Shown piece by piece: positions 45,716 to 56,300 of a stretch of 64,000 nucleotides of DNA. Made by a program: the position numbers and the translations under genes. The notes beneath the pieces were generated by a model. The model was given only the letters and a program-made list of their open reading frames with translations, ran no database searches and was not told the DNA's origin. The DNA lies in NCBI GenBank assembly GCA_963675785.1, contig OY776562.1:896001-960000 (forward strand), read 5' to 3'. This DNA is from Anaerolineae bacterium (GTDB taxonomy: Bacteria > Chloroflexota > Anaerolineae > UBA1429). Within the stretch, counting starts at the first letter, position 1, and each line of letters opens with the position of its first letter.

Positions 45716-48007
45716 CTAGGCGATGACGCGGTATACGGCCGCGCTACGCCGGGGCAGATGCAGGGTACGTCCCATCTCACCTGTGGCCAGATGCTCGAGC
45801 TGTTCGCTCTCTTCTAGCAGCATGTTCAGTGAGGTGAGACTGAGGACAGCAGCAAAGCCCCAGTTGGCGGCAACCACATAATCAAAACCGTCCTGGCCTG
45901 TCACGCGCGCCCAGCGAATGGTGCCCTCGCTGCCGCTGCTGGTGTTTTGTGATACTGCCCGGGTCTGCGTCGCATCCACCGAGCTGATGGCCAGCCAGGC
46001 AGCATCAATGAGCACACTGTTGGCATCCCAGGCGATGGTCTCGTTTACACAGGGGCAGCAGATTTCCTCGACATGCAGCGAGTTGTATTTGCCGCCGCGT
46101 CGGTTTGCCGAGCGCGACATCACCAGTCCCTCGGCGCCGTCGATGACGGCTGCGCCCAGCACGCCGTCTACATTCACCCAGCTGCTGTTCAGGTCCAACA
46201 CCAGATCGCTCTCGGGGCGGCCCAGGGTCAATTCACCCGATTCGGCAGTCAGGTTGCGCTCAAAGCCGTTATAGAGATCGTTGGGGATGTTCAGATGCAT
46301 ACCCTTGACTTCGGCTGTATAGCAGCGCCTGGGGCCCGCCTGGCAGGATTCGAGACCCACCACGGTATGGTCGTCTGGCAGAGCGGCAAAGCAAATCTGA
46401 TGTTCAGCTGAATCGGTGCCGCGCCAGCCTTCGGCCAACTCGATGTCGACCCCCTCCATGATGGCGCCGATGGTAACAAAGCCACCCTCAAAGGTGGTGA
46501 TGTGCTGGTCGAGCAATCGCCGATGTTGGGTTTGGCCCCCCGGAACCTTGCCATCATCGCCCAAAAAGCGGACGTAACCAGCCAGGTTATAGGCCCACTC
46601 GGCCAGGTGGCCATCAGTGGGGGGCAAACACATACCCTGCCCAAGGCCAAAGGCCCGCCAGGAGAAGGAAGCCAAGCGTGTGGGAGAACGGTGAATGACG
46701 GCGCCGTGTTCTGGTTCGCACCAACTGCCGGCTACGCTGGCTTCCCAACGCCGCAGGCGTTCTTCCCTGTCGAGAGATTCATCTACTGCCGTGCCCCTGG
46801 CGCGCAGGGTGTGGGCAAACGCAGCTGCCATGCCCAGGGCATCAGCGCGGTCGCCTTCCAGACGCGTGTAATAGTAGGGGCTATAATCGATAAGCGGCGC
46901 CAGACGCTGGTCGAGGAAAGAGCCATCCTCGTTATAAGCGGCCTCGTGCTGCACCCAGTCGAGCTGCTCCTCGGCCAGGTTGAGGGCCAGGTCGTCGTTC
47001 AGGCAATCAGCGGCATAAATCAGGCTGGGCAGCAGGTAATCCTGGCAGTAACAATAGCGAATACGGCTGTCTCCACCGATGCGCGCCAGGCGGCCATCGG
47101 CAAAGATCATACGCCGTACAGTATCCCACAGGTCGGCACTGTGGTGATAGAGCGAATCGGGCACCTCGAATCCGGCTGACTGCATGTCAAAGTGCAGCAT
47201 GGCTGCGTTGGAGAGGGTGATTACGGAATAGCCCATGTTGAAGTAGCCGTGGTGATCGAGGGCATAATTGGGAAAGAAATTGGCGCCCACAAAACGCTCG
47301 CGCACCGGTTTGCCGCCTACCATATCCTGATTGGTCTCATCAGCGGGAACGCTGATGGCATTGACCAGAAAGCGGTGAGCCTGCTCGATCCATTCATCGG
47401 CGTGAGTCTGATAGGGGTACATTTGGGCAGCCCGCCAGAGCAGTGTGCCTTCCCACATGTTGGATTCAGGGCCGTTTTTACCGTCGCTGTTCCACAGGCC
47501 AGCCACCACATCGTGATATTGACCGCGGGTATACTGGCGCAGGGCCCAATCGGCCTCACTCACGATAACGCGTTCCAGATCGGCCTGATCCTGTTCTGTC
47601 AGGTAGGGCATCAGCAGCTGGACACCGTACATCATGCGCTCAATGCCCAGCGCCGAGAGCCAGTAATGGCCCCAGGGCACGTTATCCAGGCAGGGCATAC
47701 TGCCGGTGATATGGCTGGCTAGATTGTAACGTAGGGCGGCCAGAGCCCGCTCCAGAGCCAGGTCGCACAAAGCATCGGAGATGCTGTCATCTTGTTGCCC
47801 CAGTACGGCCAGGGCCCCCATGGCGCCGATGTACTTTTGCAGTGTTTGTACGCCCCACCAGTTGTAACCGGTGCCGTAGCAGCCCATGGTATCCTCGTGG
47901 CCGGGAATGGCGTACCAGTACTCCTCAGAGGCTGGCAGCCACCGAGCGAGCATATCCAATGAGTGATGGACGATTCGATCGAGCTGTGTGGTATGTTCAG
48001 AGGTCAT
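45716..48007 (-). CDS. Hypothetical protein, probable alpha-toroid plus beta-sandwich carbohydrate-active enzyme
   Basis: 763-aa ORF rich in Trp/Tyr/His (ESNMWE, LDHHGYFNMGY). No family recognised with certainty. Confidence 0.5.
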   Translation of the reverse strand: MTSEHTTQLDRIVHHSLDMLARWLPASEEYWYAIPGHEDTMGCYGTGYNWWGVQTLQKYIGAMGALAVLGQQDDSISDALCDLALERALAALRYNLASHITGSMPCLDNVPWGHYWLSALGIERMMYGVQLLMPYLTEQDQADLERVIVSEADWALRQYTRGQYHDVVAGLWNSDGKNGPESNMWEGTLLWRAAQMYPYQTHADEWIEQAHRFLVNAISVPADETNQDMVGGKPVRERFVGANFFPNYALDHHGYFNMGYSVITLSNAAMLHFDMQSAGFEVPDSLYHHSADLWDTVRRMIFADGRLARIGGDSRIRYCYCQDYLLPSLIYAADCLNDDLALNLAEEQLDWVQHEAAYNEDGSFLDQRLAPLIDYSPYYYTRLEGDRADALGMAAAFAHTLRARGTAVDESLDREERLRRWEASVAGSWCEPEHGAVIHRSPTRLASFSWRAFGLGQGMCLPPTDGHLAEWAYNLAGYVRFLGDDGKVPGGQTQHRRLLDQHITTFEGGFVTIGAIMEGVDIELAEGWRGTDSAEHQICFAALPDDHTVVGLESCQAGPRRCYTAEVKGMHLNIPNDLYNGFERNLTAESGELTLGRPESDLVLDLNSSWVNVDGVLGAAVIDGAEGLVMSRSANRRGGKYNSLHVEEICCPCVNETIAWDANSVLIDAAWLAISSVDATQTRAVSQNTSSGSEGTIRWARVTGQDGFDYVVAANWGFAAVLSLTSLNMLLEESEQLEHLATGEMGRTLHLPRRSAAVYRVIA

Positions 48008-48023
48008 CGGTGTCCTCCCATCT

Positions 48024-48872
48024 TTAATACGTTACTGTGTCGACTCGCCAGCCCTCATCCGTCATTTGCAGGGTGATGGAGACACTCACAACTTTTTGGC
48101 TATCATCCGTATTGAAACGTCTGAAATATAGTTTGCATTCTCGTTCTGTTTCGTGATCTGTGTGATCGTATTCGTAATGGGTGCCCGGATCCTCTGCATG
48201 TTCTCGGCCTGTTTCCCACCAGAGGTGGGCCATCTTGCCACTCACCGAGGGCTGTTGACGATAGCGCGGCAGCAGAGTTGCGCTCCACAATTCTTTGTTT
48301 CCAGCGCAGAGAGCATCATAGTGGACAGTGGCTACCATCAGCGGTGTCTCTTCGAGCTGCGCCTTTTCATGTGAAGCCGGTGCACAGGTGTTAATCTCGG
48401 GAATACGACTGGGCAGGGGTTCCAGTCCCAGCAATCCCCGGTAATACCAGATGCGGCGCAACTGGGCCGAGACGTAATCCAGGGCATATAGATATGCCTC
48501 AAGGGAAGCAACTTCTTGAGAGGGCGCATACAACGAAGGCTTGAGCAGGTCAATGGCCGGTAAATTGGTGAGATGGGCTGTATTGATGTCGCCGATGCGC
48601 TCAGCGATGGCAATGATCTCATCGATGGTGGGCCATGCCTCAGAGTCATCCTCCGAAGGAGGCGCATCCCAGGTAATAACTCTTTCTCCCGCCTGGCAAT
48701 AACAGGTGCGGGTATCCAACACTTGTAGGCAGAGTATGGCCATCTGGCCGATGGACATTTCGCCTTCTACAACGTGGAGAACCTGTTGTTCAGAAGTAAG
48801 GCCGCCCAAGGCTTCGATGAGGTCAGCGATGCACTGTTGGACGACATGGTTGAGTCGTTCTGGAAGAACCAT
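48024..48872 (-). CDS. Hypothetical protein; DinB-like N-domain plus small C-terminal domain
   Basis: ALGGLTSEQ...MSIGQM and QLRRIWYYRGLLG resemble DinB four-helix bundles, but the metal-binding His residues are absent. Confidence 0.45.
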   Translation of the reverse strand: MVLPERLNHVVQQCIADLIEALGGLTSEQQVLHVVEGEMSIGQMAILCLQVLDTRTCYCQAGERVITWDAPPSEDDSEAWPTIDEIIAIAERIGDINTAHLTNLPAIDLLKPSLYAPSQEVASLEAYLYALDYVSAQLRRIWYYRGLLGLEPLPSRIPEINTCAPASHEKAQLEETPLMVATVHYDALCAGNKELWSATLLPRYRQQPSVSGKMAHLWWETGREHAEDPGTHYEYDHTDHETERECKLYFRRFNTDDSQKVVSVSITLQMTDEGWRVDTVTY

Positions 48873-48877
48873 GATGG

Positions 48878-49891
48878 TTACCTCTCTTCTGTTGCTGCCT
48901 GGGCCATGGCGACGATATTCTCGGGCGGTACGTTGGGCAATAGCGCTTCATGGCTGGGGCTCACTACAAGCCGCGGTCCCAGTAATCGTTTGACGCGACG
49001 CACATCGTCGGCGACCTGCTGCGGCGTGCCATTGACCAATAAATCCTGCGTATCGATGCCGCCCACAAAGACAATGCGTCCACCGAAATCATGGGCCAAT
49101 GTCTCGGCGTCCATATTGGCGGCTTTGGCCTGCAATGGATGGAGGCAGTCTACGCCAATGTCGATGAGCTTGTCGATGACTTTGTAGATCGAGCCGCAGG
49201 AATGCAGCCAGACATGTTTGCCGTGGCGCTTGGCCTGGTCGGTGAATTGTTTCATCCAGGGCAGGATAAAGGCATCGAACTGAGCTGGCCCGCAGATCAG
49301 GTCGAGTTGGGTGCCAAAGTCGTTGCCAAAGAAAAAGCCATCCATCAGATCGCCAGCCTCGGCGTAAAAGCGTTCGTTGGCCTGATAGTAAAAATCACAG
49401 ACGTGGTCGGTGACGGCGTGGACGATATCAGGATGGAGGTACATGTTCATCATGTAATTTTCCATACCAAATAAATCCATGACATCATGATAAAAGCAAG
49501 ACCACATGCCCGAAAGACGATAGCGATCCGAGGTCTCGCGCAATTCTTGGATGGCTGGGCCAAAATCCATCAAGTCGGGATCGGGCCAGGGGTGCTCATC
49601 TACTTGGGGCACATCGGTTACGCTGCCCATGGGGCCGGCGGTGCCGTGGGCTTTTTTTGCGGCGACCTGAAAGGGACCCAAGCCGTAAGGGTTGTTGTAT
49701 TTATTGGGATGAACCCAGGCCACATCATCACCGAGCTGACGGCGGATGGCTTGCTGGTCGGTGGTGCCAAAGAACTCGTAATAGATGGGCCAGGAATCGG
49801 CGTGGGGATTGCCCAGCCAAAAGCCAGTACGATCCACAGGTTCGTTGTTGATCATGGCATAGATGCGTTCGATGGCATTCATCCGCTTCAA
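48878..49891 (-). CDS. Uroporphyrinogen decarboxylase-family (URO-D/MtaA-like) protein
   Basis: Motifs MNAIER...EPVDR, FGME, NDFGTQ, HSCG, HPLQ, GGIDTQ and SHE..PNVPPEN. Confidence 0.85.
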   Translation of the reverse strand: MKRMNAIERIYAMINNEPVDRTGFWLGNPHADSWPIYYEFFGTTDQQAIRRQLGDDVAWVHPNKYNNPYGLGPFQVAAKKAHGTAGPMGSVTDVPQVDEHPWPDPDLMDFGPAIQELRETSDRYRLSGMWSCFYHDVMDLFGMENYMMNMYLHPDIVHAVTDHVCDFYYQANERFYAEAGDLMDGFFFGNDFGTQLDLICGPAQFDAFILPWMKQFTDQAKRHGKHVWLHSCGSIYKVIDKLIDIGVDCLHPLQAKAANMDAETLAHDFGGRIVFVGGIDTQDLLVNGTPQQVADDVRRVKRLLGPRLVVSPSHEALLPNVPPENIVAMAQAATEER

Positions 49892-49900
49892 TGTCTCTCC

Positions 49901-51544
49901 TCAGAGTCCGTGAGCTTCAATATAGTCACTATAGCCACCCTCGTATTCCGTCAGGCAGGCCTGGTCTATTTCGACCACGCGGTCTACCGTGCGATCTAGA
50001 AAGTAGCGATCATGAGAGATGACCACAATGGTGCCCTCAAACCCCTCCAGGGCCTCTTCCAGATGCTCGGCGGCCTGGATATCCAGGTTGTTGGTCGGTT
50101 CGTCGAGCAGCAGCAGGTTGGCGTTAGAGAGCATGAGTAGAGCCAACTGCAGGCGACTGCGTTCGCCGCCAGAGAGCTCACTGACGCGGTTGGCGCACTG
50201 TTCGTAGGTAAAGCCAAAGCCCGTCAAAAAGCTGACGGCCTGATTCTCAGCCATATGCGCTGCCTGACGTATAGTGTCCAACACCGTGGTCGCATAGTCA
50301 AGCGTTTCGTGTTGCTGAGCGTAATAGCCTGGTTCAATACTGGGCCCGATTTTGATCAGGCCACTATCAGGTTCCAGACTACCCAGGATGAGGCGGAACA
50401 GCACGGATTTTCCAGCGCCGTTGGGGCCAACGATACCCACGCGCTGGCCATGCCACAAGAGCAAATCGATGTTATCGAGGATCTCGTTCTTGCTGCCATC
50501 GGGCGCCTCAAATGCTTTGCTCAAACCTACGAGTTCTAGCACCTTGTTCGAGCCGCGCCAGCCGGTCAGTTCGAGTTTGAGCGGCTTGGTGGTAGTAACG
50601 GGTTTTTCCACCTTGTCCATATGCTCGATGCGTTTCAGCAGGGACTTGCCACTTTTGGCCAGGGCGGGGTTGTCATACACTTTGCCCCACATGATCAGGC
50701 GTTTTGCGGCCTGTTGGAGGCGGGTGATAACACGCTGCTGCACGTCGTACATGGTTTGTTGGCGAGCGAGGCGGGTCTCTTTTTCGGCGGCGTATTCGGA
50801 ATAGTTGCCCACGTATACGTCAATATGCCCCTGATCCAGCTCGGCAATCTCGTCGGCTACCAGGTCGAGCAGGTAGCGGTCGTGGGAGACGATGACCACG
50901 CCGCCGCTGAACTCGCGAATGAGGCGTTCCAGCAGCATTTTGGCGCGGATATCCAGGTGGTTATCCGGCTCGTCCAACAGCAATACGTCGGGTTGAGCAA
51001 CCAACAACCGAGCCAATTCGACCAGCTTGCGCTCGCCGCCGCTGAGGTGTTCAAGGTCGCGCTGCCAGGCTTCCTGAGGGATGCCGATCGTCTTGAGGAT
51101 GCCCTGGATACGGCTCTCAAAGGTGGGGCCGCCCAGGTCGTCATAGTCTTTGAGCAAACGTTCCTGACGGGCCAAGGCTGCCTGCAGATGCTCTTCAACG
51201 CCATAGACCTCGGGTTCGCCAAGGCTGGCCTCTATTTTGCCGAGTTCGCGTTCTACCTGGTGCAGTTCGACGGCAGCATCGGAAACGCGCTGCCAGATGG
51301 TGGTATTGGGGATGTGCGGCGGTTCTTGAGCCAGATAGCCCAGGCGTGCGCCTTTGGCTATGACGATGATGCCAGCGTCCTGCTTGTATTCGCCCAGGAT
51401 GAGCTTGAGCAGCGTTGACTTGCCGCAGCCGTTGATACCAATGAGGCCCACGGTGCGGTCGTTATGGATACGCCAGGAAAGATCACTGAGCAGCGGTCTT
51501 CCCGAATAGGTAAAGTTCACATGATCAAGGGTTACAGCAATCAC
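49901..51544 (-). CDS. ABC-F family ATPase (ribosome-associated)
   Basis: Two nucleotide-binding domains (GINGCGKS, LSGGE, LDEPDNHLD; GPNGAGKS, LSGGE, LDEPTNNLD), SHDRY twice, and no transmembrane segment. Confidence 0.92.
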   Translation of the reverse strand: MIAVTLDHVNFTYSGRPLLSDLSWRIHNDRTVGLIGINGCGKSTLLKLILGEYKQDAGIIVIAKGARLGYLAQEPPHIPNTTIWQRVSDAAVELHQVERELGKIEASLGEPEVYGVEEHLQAALARQERLLKDYDDLGGPTFESRIQGILKTIGIPQEAWQRDLEHLSGGERKLVELARLLVAQPDVLLLDEPDNHLDIRAKMLLERLIREFSGGVVIVSHDRYLLDLVADEIAELDQGHIDVYVGNYSEYAAEKETRLARQQTMYDVQQRVITRLQQAAKRLIMWGKVYDNPALAKSGKSLLKRIEHMDKVEKPVTTTKPLKLELTGWRGSNKVLELVGLSKAFEAPDGSKNEILDNIDLLLWHGQRVGIVGPNGAGKSVLFRLILGSLEPDSGLIKIGPSIEPGYYAQQHETLDYATTVLDTIRQAAHMAENQAVSFLTGFGFTYEQCANRVSELSGGERSRLQLALLMLSNANLLLLDEPTNNLDIQAAEHLEEALEGFEGTIVVISHDRYFLDRTVDRVVEIDQACLTEYEGGYSDYIEAHGL

Positions 51545-52307
51545 CCGTTTTTACTCCAACAAGTAATAGGTTTTCAGGCAAGCCCCGGCTGGGGTAAGGT
51601 TCCCAGTCTTGCGGGGCCTCGCCGAATTCCTCAAAAATAGTCAGGTTTAGGCCAGCATGCCACAGGGCATGGACATAGTCAGCCACCGTCCAGTGGAACT
51701 CGTGGCTGATCAAGGGGCCGGAATCGAGCTCCGGTGTGTCTTCCGCGCGATCATAGGTAATGGGCCCACGATCGAAATAGGGATACAAGAGTCGATAAGG
51801 TTCTTCTCCATCGGCCCAAAGGCGGCGGAAGGGATGATATTCGCAAACGATGAGGCGACCACCGGGCACTAGAATGCGCGCGGCCTCGGCATAGTAGCGG
51901 TTCAGATCTGATACCCATACGGCCACGTGCCCGCCCGTGTACACCATGTCAAAGGAGGCATCAGCCAGTTCGCTCAGGTCGGTCACATCGGCCCTCATAA
52001 AACGAATATTCAAGCCGATTTCGGCGGCACGGCGTGCGGCAATGTCCAATTGGGCCTGTGAGATATCCACTGAGGTGAGCTGTGCGCCCATGCCAGCCAG
52101 AGCAAAAACGGCAAAGTTGTTGCCGCTACCCAATACGCAGATGCGTTTGCCGGCCACGGAACCTATGGCCTGAAGCTGCTCGGGCTCAAAGTAGAGTGTG
52201 GGATCATGAACCATCTGCCGCCAGGGCTGTGAATGTTCCAGACCAGCCTGCCACTGGGCGGCCACGGCGTCCCATCCCCGTCGATTTGCCTCGTGTAGTT
52301 CGTTCAT
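51525..52307 (-). CDS. Class I SAM-dependent methyltransferase
   Basis: Motifs NRRGWD, ICVLGSG, SVDIS, ADV, FDMVY and RILVPGG..EYHP. Confidence 0.88.
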   Translation of the reverse strand: MNELHEANRRGWDAVAAQWQAGLEHSQPWRQMVHDPTLYFEPEQLQAIGSVAGKRICVLGSGNNFAVFALAGMGAQLTSVDISQAQLDIAARRAAEIGLNIRFMRADVTDLSELADASFDMVYTGGHVAVWVSDLNRYYAEAARILVPGGRLIVCEYHPFRRLWADGEEPYRLLYPYFDRGPITYDRAEDTPELDSGPLISHEFHWTVADYVHALWHAGLNLTIFEEFGEAPQDWEPYPSRGLPENLLLVGVKTGDCCNP

Positions 52308-52342
52308 CCTTGAGCCTTTCTACCAAACACGCGAAGCATAAT

Positions 52343-52386
52343 GTAACACGGCGCCGAGGCTGTCGCAACCATCGGCGCCGTGTTAC
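52343..52386. terminator. Inverted repeat / probable terminator
   Basis: Perfect 15-bp stem gtaacacggcgccga/tcggcgccgtgttac. Confidence 0.6.
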
Positions 52387-52394
52387 CTGTTGGC

Positions 52395-52740
52395 TTAGCT
52401 AGCTAGAGATGCTGGAAAATTGGTTTGCTCGTGTTTGAGCAGAATGCCACTGGTCAAGAGAGCAAGCTTGCTACGCCTGTCAAGTGTCAAGGGTAGCAGC
52501 CAAAGTCGCTTCATATGGAAGTTCAGCCAGTGCTTGCCAAGTTCATCCTCGGTGTGTCCTTGGAGGCGCCCGTCGGTCTGATTGATAATCAGCCGTTGAA
52601 TAGGCAAGGTGTAGATGATAGGAAGAGCCCGATCTATTTCAAAATGTTGTGCTTCAAAGATCACCGCATGTAATTTGCGGGATGACATCTTCCAATTTAC
52701 CGCGTATGCCAAACTCGCAAGTCATGGGAGAGATCTCTAC
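52395..52740 (-). pseudogene. 3' fragment of RNase Z/MBL-fold hydrolase pseudogene
   Basis: The minus strand gives RDLSHDL (GD-like motif). After a frameshift it gives AVIFEAQHF...IQRLIINQ, resembling RNase Z C-terminal motifs (DLLIHEAT...KRLILTH). Confidence 0.45.
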
Positions 52741-52809
52741 ATTGACATAATCATCATTTCTGGGAAGTGATATCGCTCACAAAGAAAGCCGTTTTATCGC
52801 GCGGCAAAA

Positions 52810-53037
52810 TAGATTCTCTCACGCGGCAGCTACAGAGCGTAAACGCCCGGTTACGGGATATAGAGGGAAACTCTCCCAGTTAGTGATAGTACGCGAGATT
52901 TCAAGGAAGCCATGCGGTTAACGCCAGAAAGAGTTCAGGCAGTCTTCGCGGAGATATTCACGCGAGACCGAGAGGAACACAAAACACGGCGTTATTTGCG
53001 CCGCGGTGCGAAACATCGCTATGAGCGCAAAAGATGA
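52810..53037 (+). pseudogene. Relic resembling the coiled-coil C-terminus of a mobilisation (Mob/Pre relaxase-type) protein
   Basis: IDSLTRQLQSVNARLRDIE, a frameshift, then DFKEAMRLTPERVQAVFAEIFTRDREE...RYERKR*. No start codon. Confidence 0.3.
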
Positions 53038-53097
53038 TCTTTGACAATTACATATTGTGGTTAAACCTGTATGCAGTAGTACAAAGAAGCGGGCATC

Positions 53098-53277
53098 ATG
53101 TCCGTTGACAAGCATTTACCCAACATCCCCGATGAGTTGATACAACCTTTGGCACGGACGATACTTTCGTCGATTCAGACGTATTCTGAAAGAGAGAAGG
53201 GACAGCGAGAGTTTATGGAGTAGGAGAAGAAAAAAGGAAATGAACGGATGGCAGCGAACGCTGTTAACCCCAAATAA
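53098..53277 (+). pseudogene. Small ICE-associated hypothetical protein with internal stop
   Basis: MSVDKHLPNIPDELIQPLARTILSSIQTYSEREKGQREFME*EKKK. It resembles the LAR..L..I..YF.SEEGQREF.EW peptides I recall from Clostridial mobile elements, with TAG where Trp (TGG) is expected. Confidence 0.4.
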
Positions 53278-53281
53278 CATG

Positions 53282-53315
53282 AGCGGGAGAGCCAAATTCG
53301 GTTCTCCCGCTTTTT
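53282..53315. terminator. Hairpin terminator downstream of the surface protein gene
   Basis: Stem agcgggaga/tctcccgct followed by a T-run. Confidence 0.7.
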
Positions 53316-53353
53316 AATTATTGGTTTAGGCTTTATATGAATCATTGCACATT

Positions 53354-56300
53354 TCAGAACTGCACCTGTTTCTGTCTCCTCCGTCTCCTTATGATCAACA
53401 ACAGAAGAATCACCAATCCTCCGGAAGCAATGCAAACAATCCAGATCCACGGGCTTGAAGCTGCCTGCTCTACGCTGACGACCTGGAACCGGCTGAATTT
53501 GCTGATATCAAACCGGATGCCGGTTGGTATATTGTCCGTATATACCAACATTCCATAGGCCAACTCCGTCGTTCCATCGTCGTGCTCCACATAAACGCAT
53601 AGTGTCTTGAGGAACTCCTCATCTGCAAGCTGCTCCTCGCTTAAGCCTTCTAGCGGTAGCGTAATGGTCGTCGCAAAACTTTCCATGTTTGTCTGTATCG
53701 TTTTGGGCGTGCCAAACACCTGCCCCGCAACATTTGAGAGAGAAAATATCGCACTATCACCGAAGAACGCTTCCTCTGCTTCCTCTGCTTCCTCCGACAC
53801 CGGTACAATACGGAAGTACAGCGATGCTCCGCTCTGGGCCGCCTGCTCTAGCGCATCGGCAGAAAGTGTAACGGTTCCCGCAGGAGATTCCAGAATTACC
53901 CCCAGTCCGTTCTGAGCCAGCGTCAGCACCGTATTCGACGAGATTTCAAAGGCGAACTCATCCGCCGGATCATCTACGTCATTCTCAACAGTTATTACAA
54001 AATGCTCTACCGGATAACCCAGATCAATTAACGCCTGCACCGTATCGCTTGTCACCATGATGTAATCAATATTCGTGCCATCGTTCAGTGTCGTCCGATA
54101 GATCGTTTCGTTTCCGGCATTGTCTCCAGCCTGCACAGAGGCGGTGCGTTCCGTGGCATCGCGTGTTTCGTCCTTCGACGCTCCTTCCTGCTTGACGATC
54201 AACAGGAACGTCTCGGAGACGGTATCGCCATTCTTTGTTATCGTCGCCGTGATTACGATGCTAGCGTCATTGTTCTGCGGACGTGTGATTACGCCTGTCG
54301 CGCTGCTGCCGTTTTGTTCGATACGAACCACATTCGCATTAGAGGACGTCCATGTGATCTGCGCGCCGGAATTGGCGTCGCCGAGCAGTACAAAGCTGCT
54401 GGTCACGCATTCCCACGTATCGCCCTCTGCGAATTTGAACGCTGTTTCCAGTGTCAGTGACTGTGCTACCTTTTGCGCGGTATCTGCGACTTCCGTCCAT
54501 TTGGCATACAGCGTGATATTCGCCGTGACCTTTGCGGCAAAGTTATACGCATTGCCAAAGTTGCTGTCCGAATACCAGCCGTCGAACACATACCCATCCT
54601 TAGTCGGGTCTTGCGGTTGTGTCACGTTACTGCCGTACTTGATGTTCTGGCGGGACACAATGCTTCCGCCATTCGTATTGAACGTGACTGCAAAAGTGTT
54701 TATGGTGTACTGCGCTGTCACGGTCATGTTATATGTGATCTCATCGAAATCTTTATTCCAGCTGGCAAACGTGTATCCGACGCGTTGTGGATGCTCTGGG
54801 GCGGTTGCCGCATTGCTATACTTGACCGTTTGGGTCTTTAATACAGTGCCGTCCCAGTCCTCAAACGTTACGGTATAGGTGTTTATCGTCCACTTGGCAT
54901 ACAGATAAGCGTTCGCCGTTAACGTATCGGTATCGAAATTCCACCTGTTCGTACATGCTGCTTCTTTGTACCATCCGCCAAAGGTATAACCGGCTCGTGT
55001 CGGATCATCAGGCGCGACGATTTTCATGCTGCTGTTTGCACTGGTGACCGTATGAACGAGGCCATCGTTCATAAATGTCACCATATAAGTATTCATCGTC
55101 CATTTGGCGTACAGCGTGATATTCGCCGTGACCTTTGCGGCAAAGTTATACGCATTGTTAAAATTGCTGTCCGAATACCAGCCGTCGAACACATACCCAT
55201 CCTTAGTCGGGTCTTGCGGTTGTGTCACGTTACTGCCGTACTTGATGTTCTGGCTGGACACAATGCTTCCGCCATTCGTATTAAACATGACTGCAAAAGT
55301 GTTTATGGTGTACTGCGCTGTCACGGTCATGTTATATGTGATCTCATCGAAATCTTTATTCCAGCTGGCAAACGTGTATCCGACGCGTTGTGGATGTTCT
55401 GGGGCGGTTGCCGCATTGCTATACTTGACCGTTTGGGTCTTTAATACAGTGCCGTCCCAGTCCTCAAACGTTACGGTATAGGTGTTTATCGTCCACTTGG
55501 CATACAGATAAGCGTTCGCCGTTAACGTATCGGTATCGAAATTCCACCTGTTCGTACATGCTGCCTCTTTGTACCATCCGCCAAAGGTATAACCGGCTCG
55601 TGTCGGATCATCAGGCGCGACGAGTTTCGTGCCGCTGTTTGCACTGGTGATCGTATAAACGAGGCCATCGTTCATAAATGTCACCATATAAGTATCCATC
55701 GTCCATTTGGCGTACAGCATGATATTCGCCGTGACCTTTGCGGCAAAGTTATACGCATTGTTAAAGTTGCTGTCCGAATACCAGCCGTCGAACACATACC
55801 CATCCTTAGTCGGGTCTTGCGGTTGTGTCACGTTACTGCCGTACTTGATATTCTGGCTGGACACAATGCTTCCGCCATTCGTATTAAACATGACTGCAAA
55901 AGTGTTTATGGTGTACTGCGCTGTCACGGTCATGTTATATGTGATCTCATCGAAATCTTTATTCCAGCCGGCAAACGTGTATCCGACGCGTTGTGGATGC
56001 TCTGGGGCGGTTGCCGCATTGCTGTACTTGACCGTTTGGGTCTTTAATACAGTGCCGTCCCAGTCCTCAAACGTTACGGTATAGGTGTTTATCGTCCATT
56101 TGGCATACAGATAAACGTTCGCCGTTATCGTATCCGTATCAAAATTCCACTTGTTCGTACATGCTGCCTCTTTGTACCATCCGCCAAAGGTATAACCGGC
56201 TCGTGTCGGATCATCAGGCGCGACGATTTTCGTGCCGCTGTTTGCGCTGGTGACCGTATAAACGAGGTCATCGTTCATAAATGTCACCATATAAGTATCC

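Noticed and set aside
53221-53223. In-frame TAG as pyrrolysine or read-through codon
   Set aside because: It sits among decayed relics, is one change from TGG at an expected Trp, and there are no pyl genes in the window.
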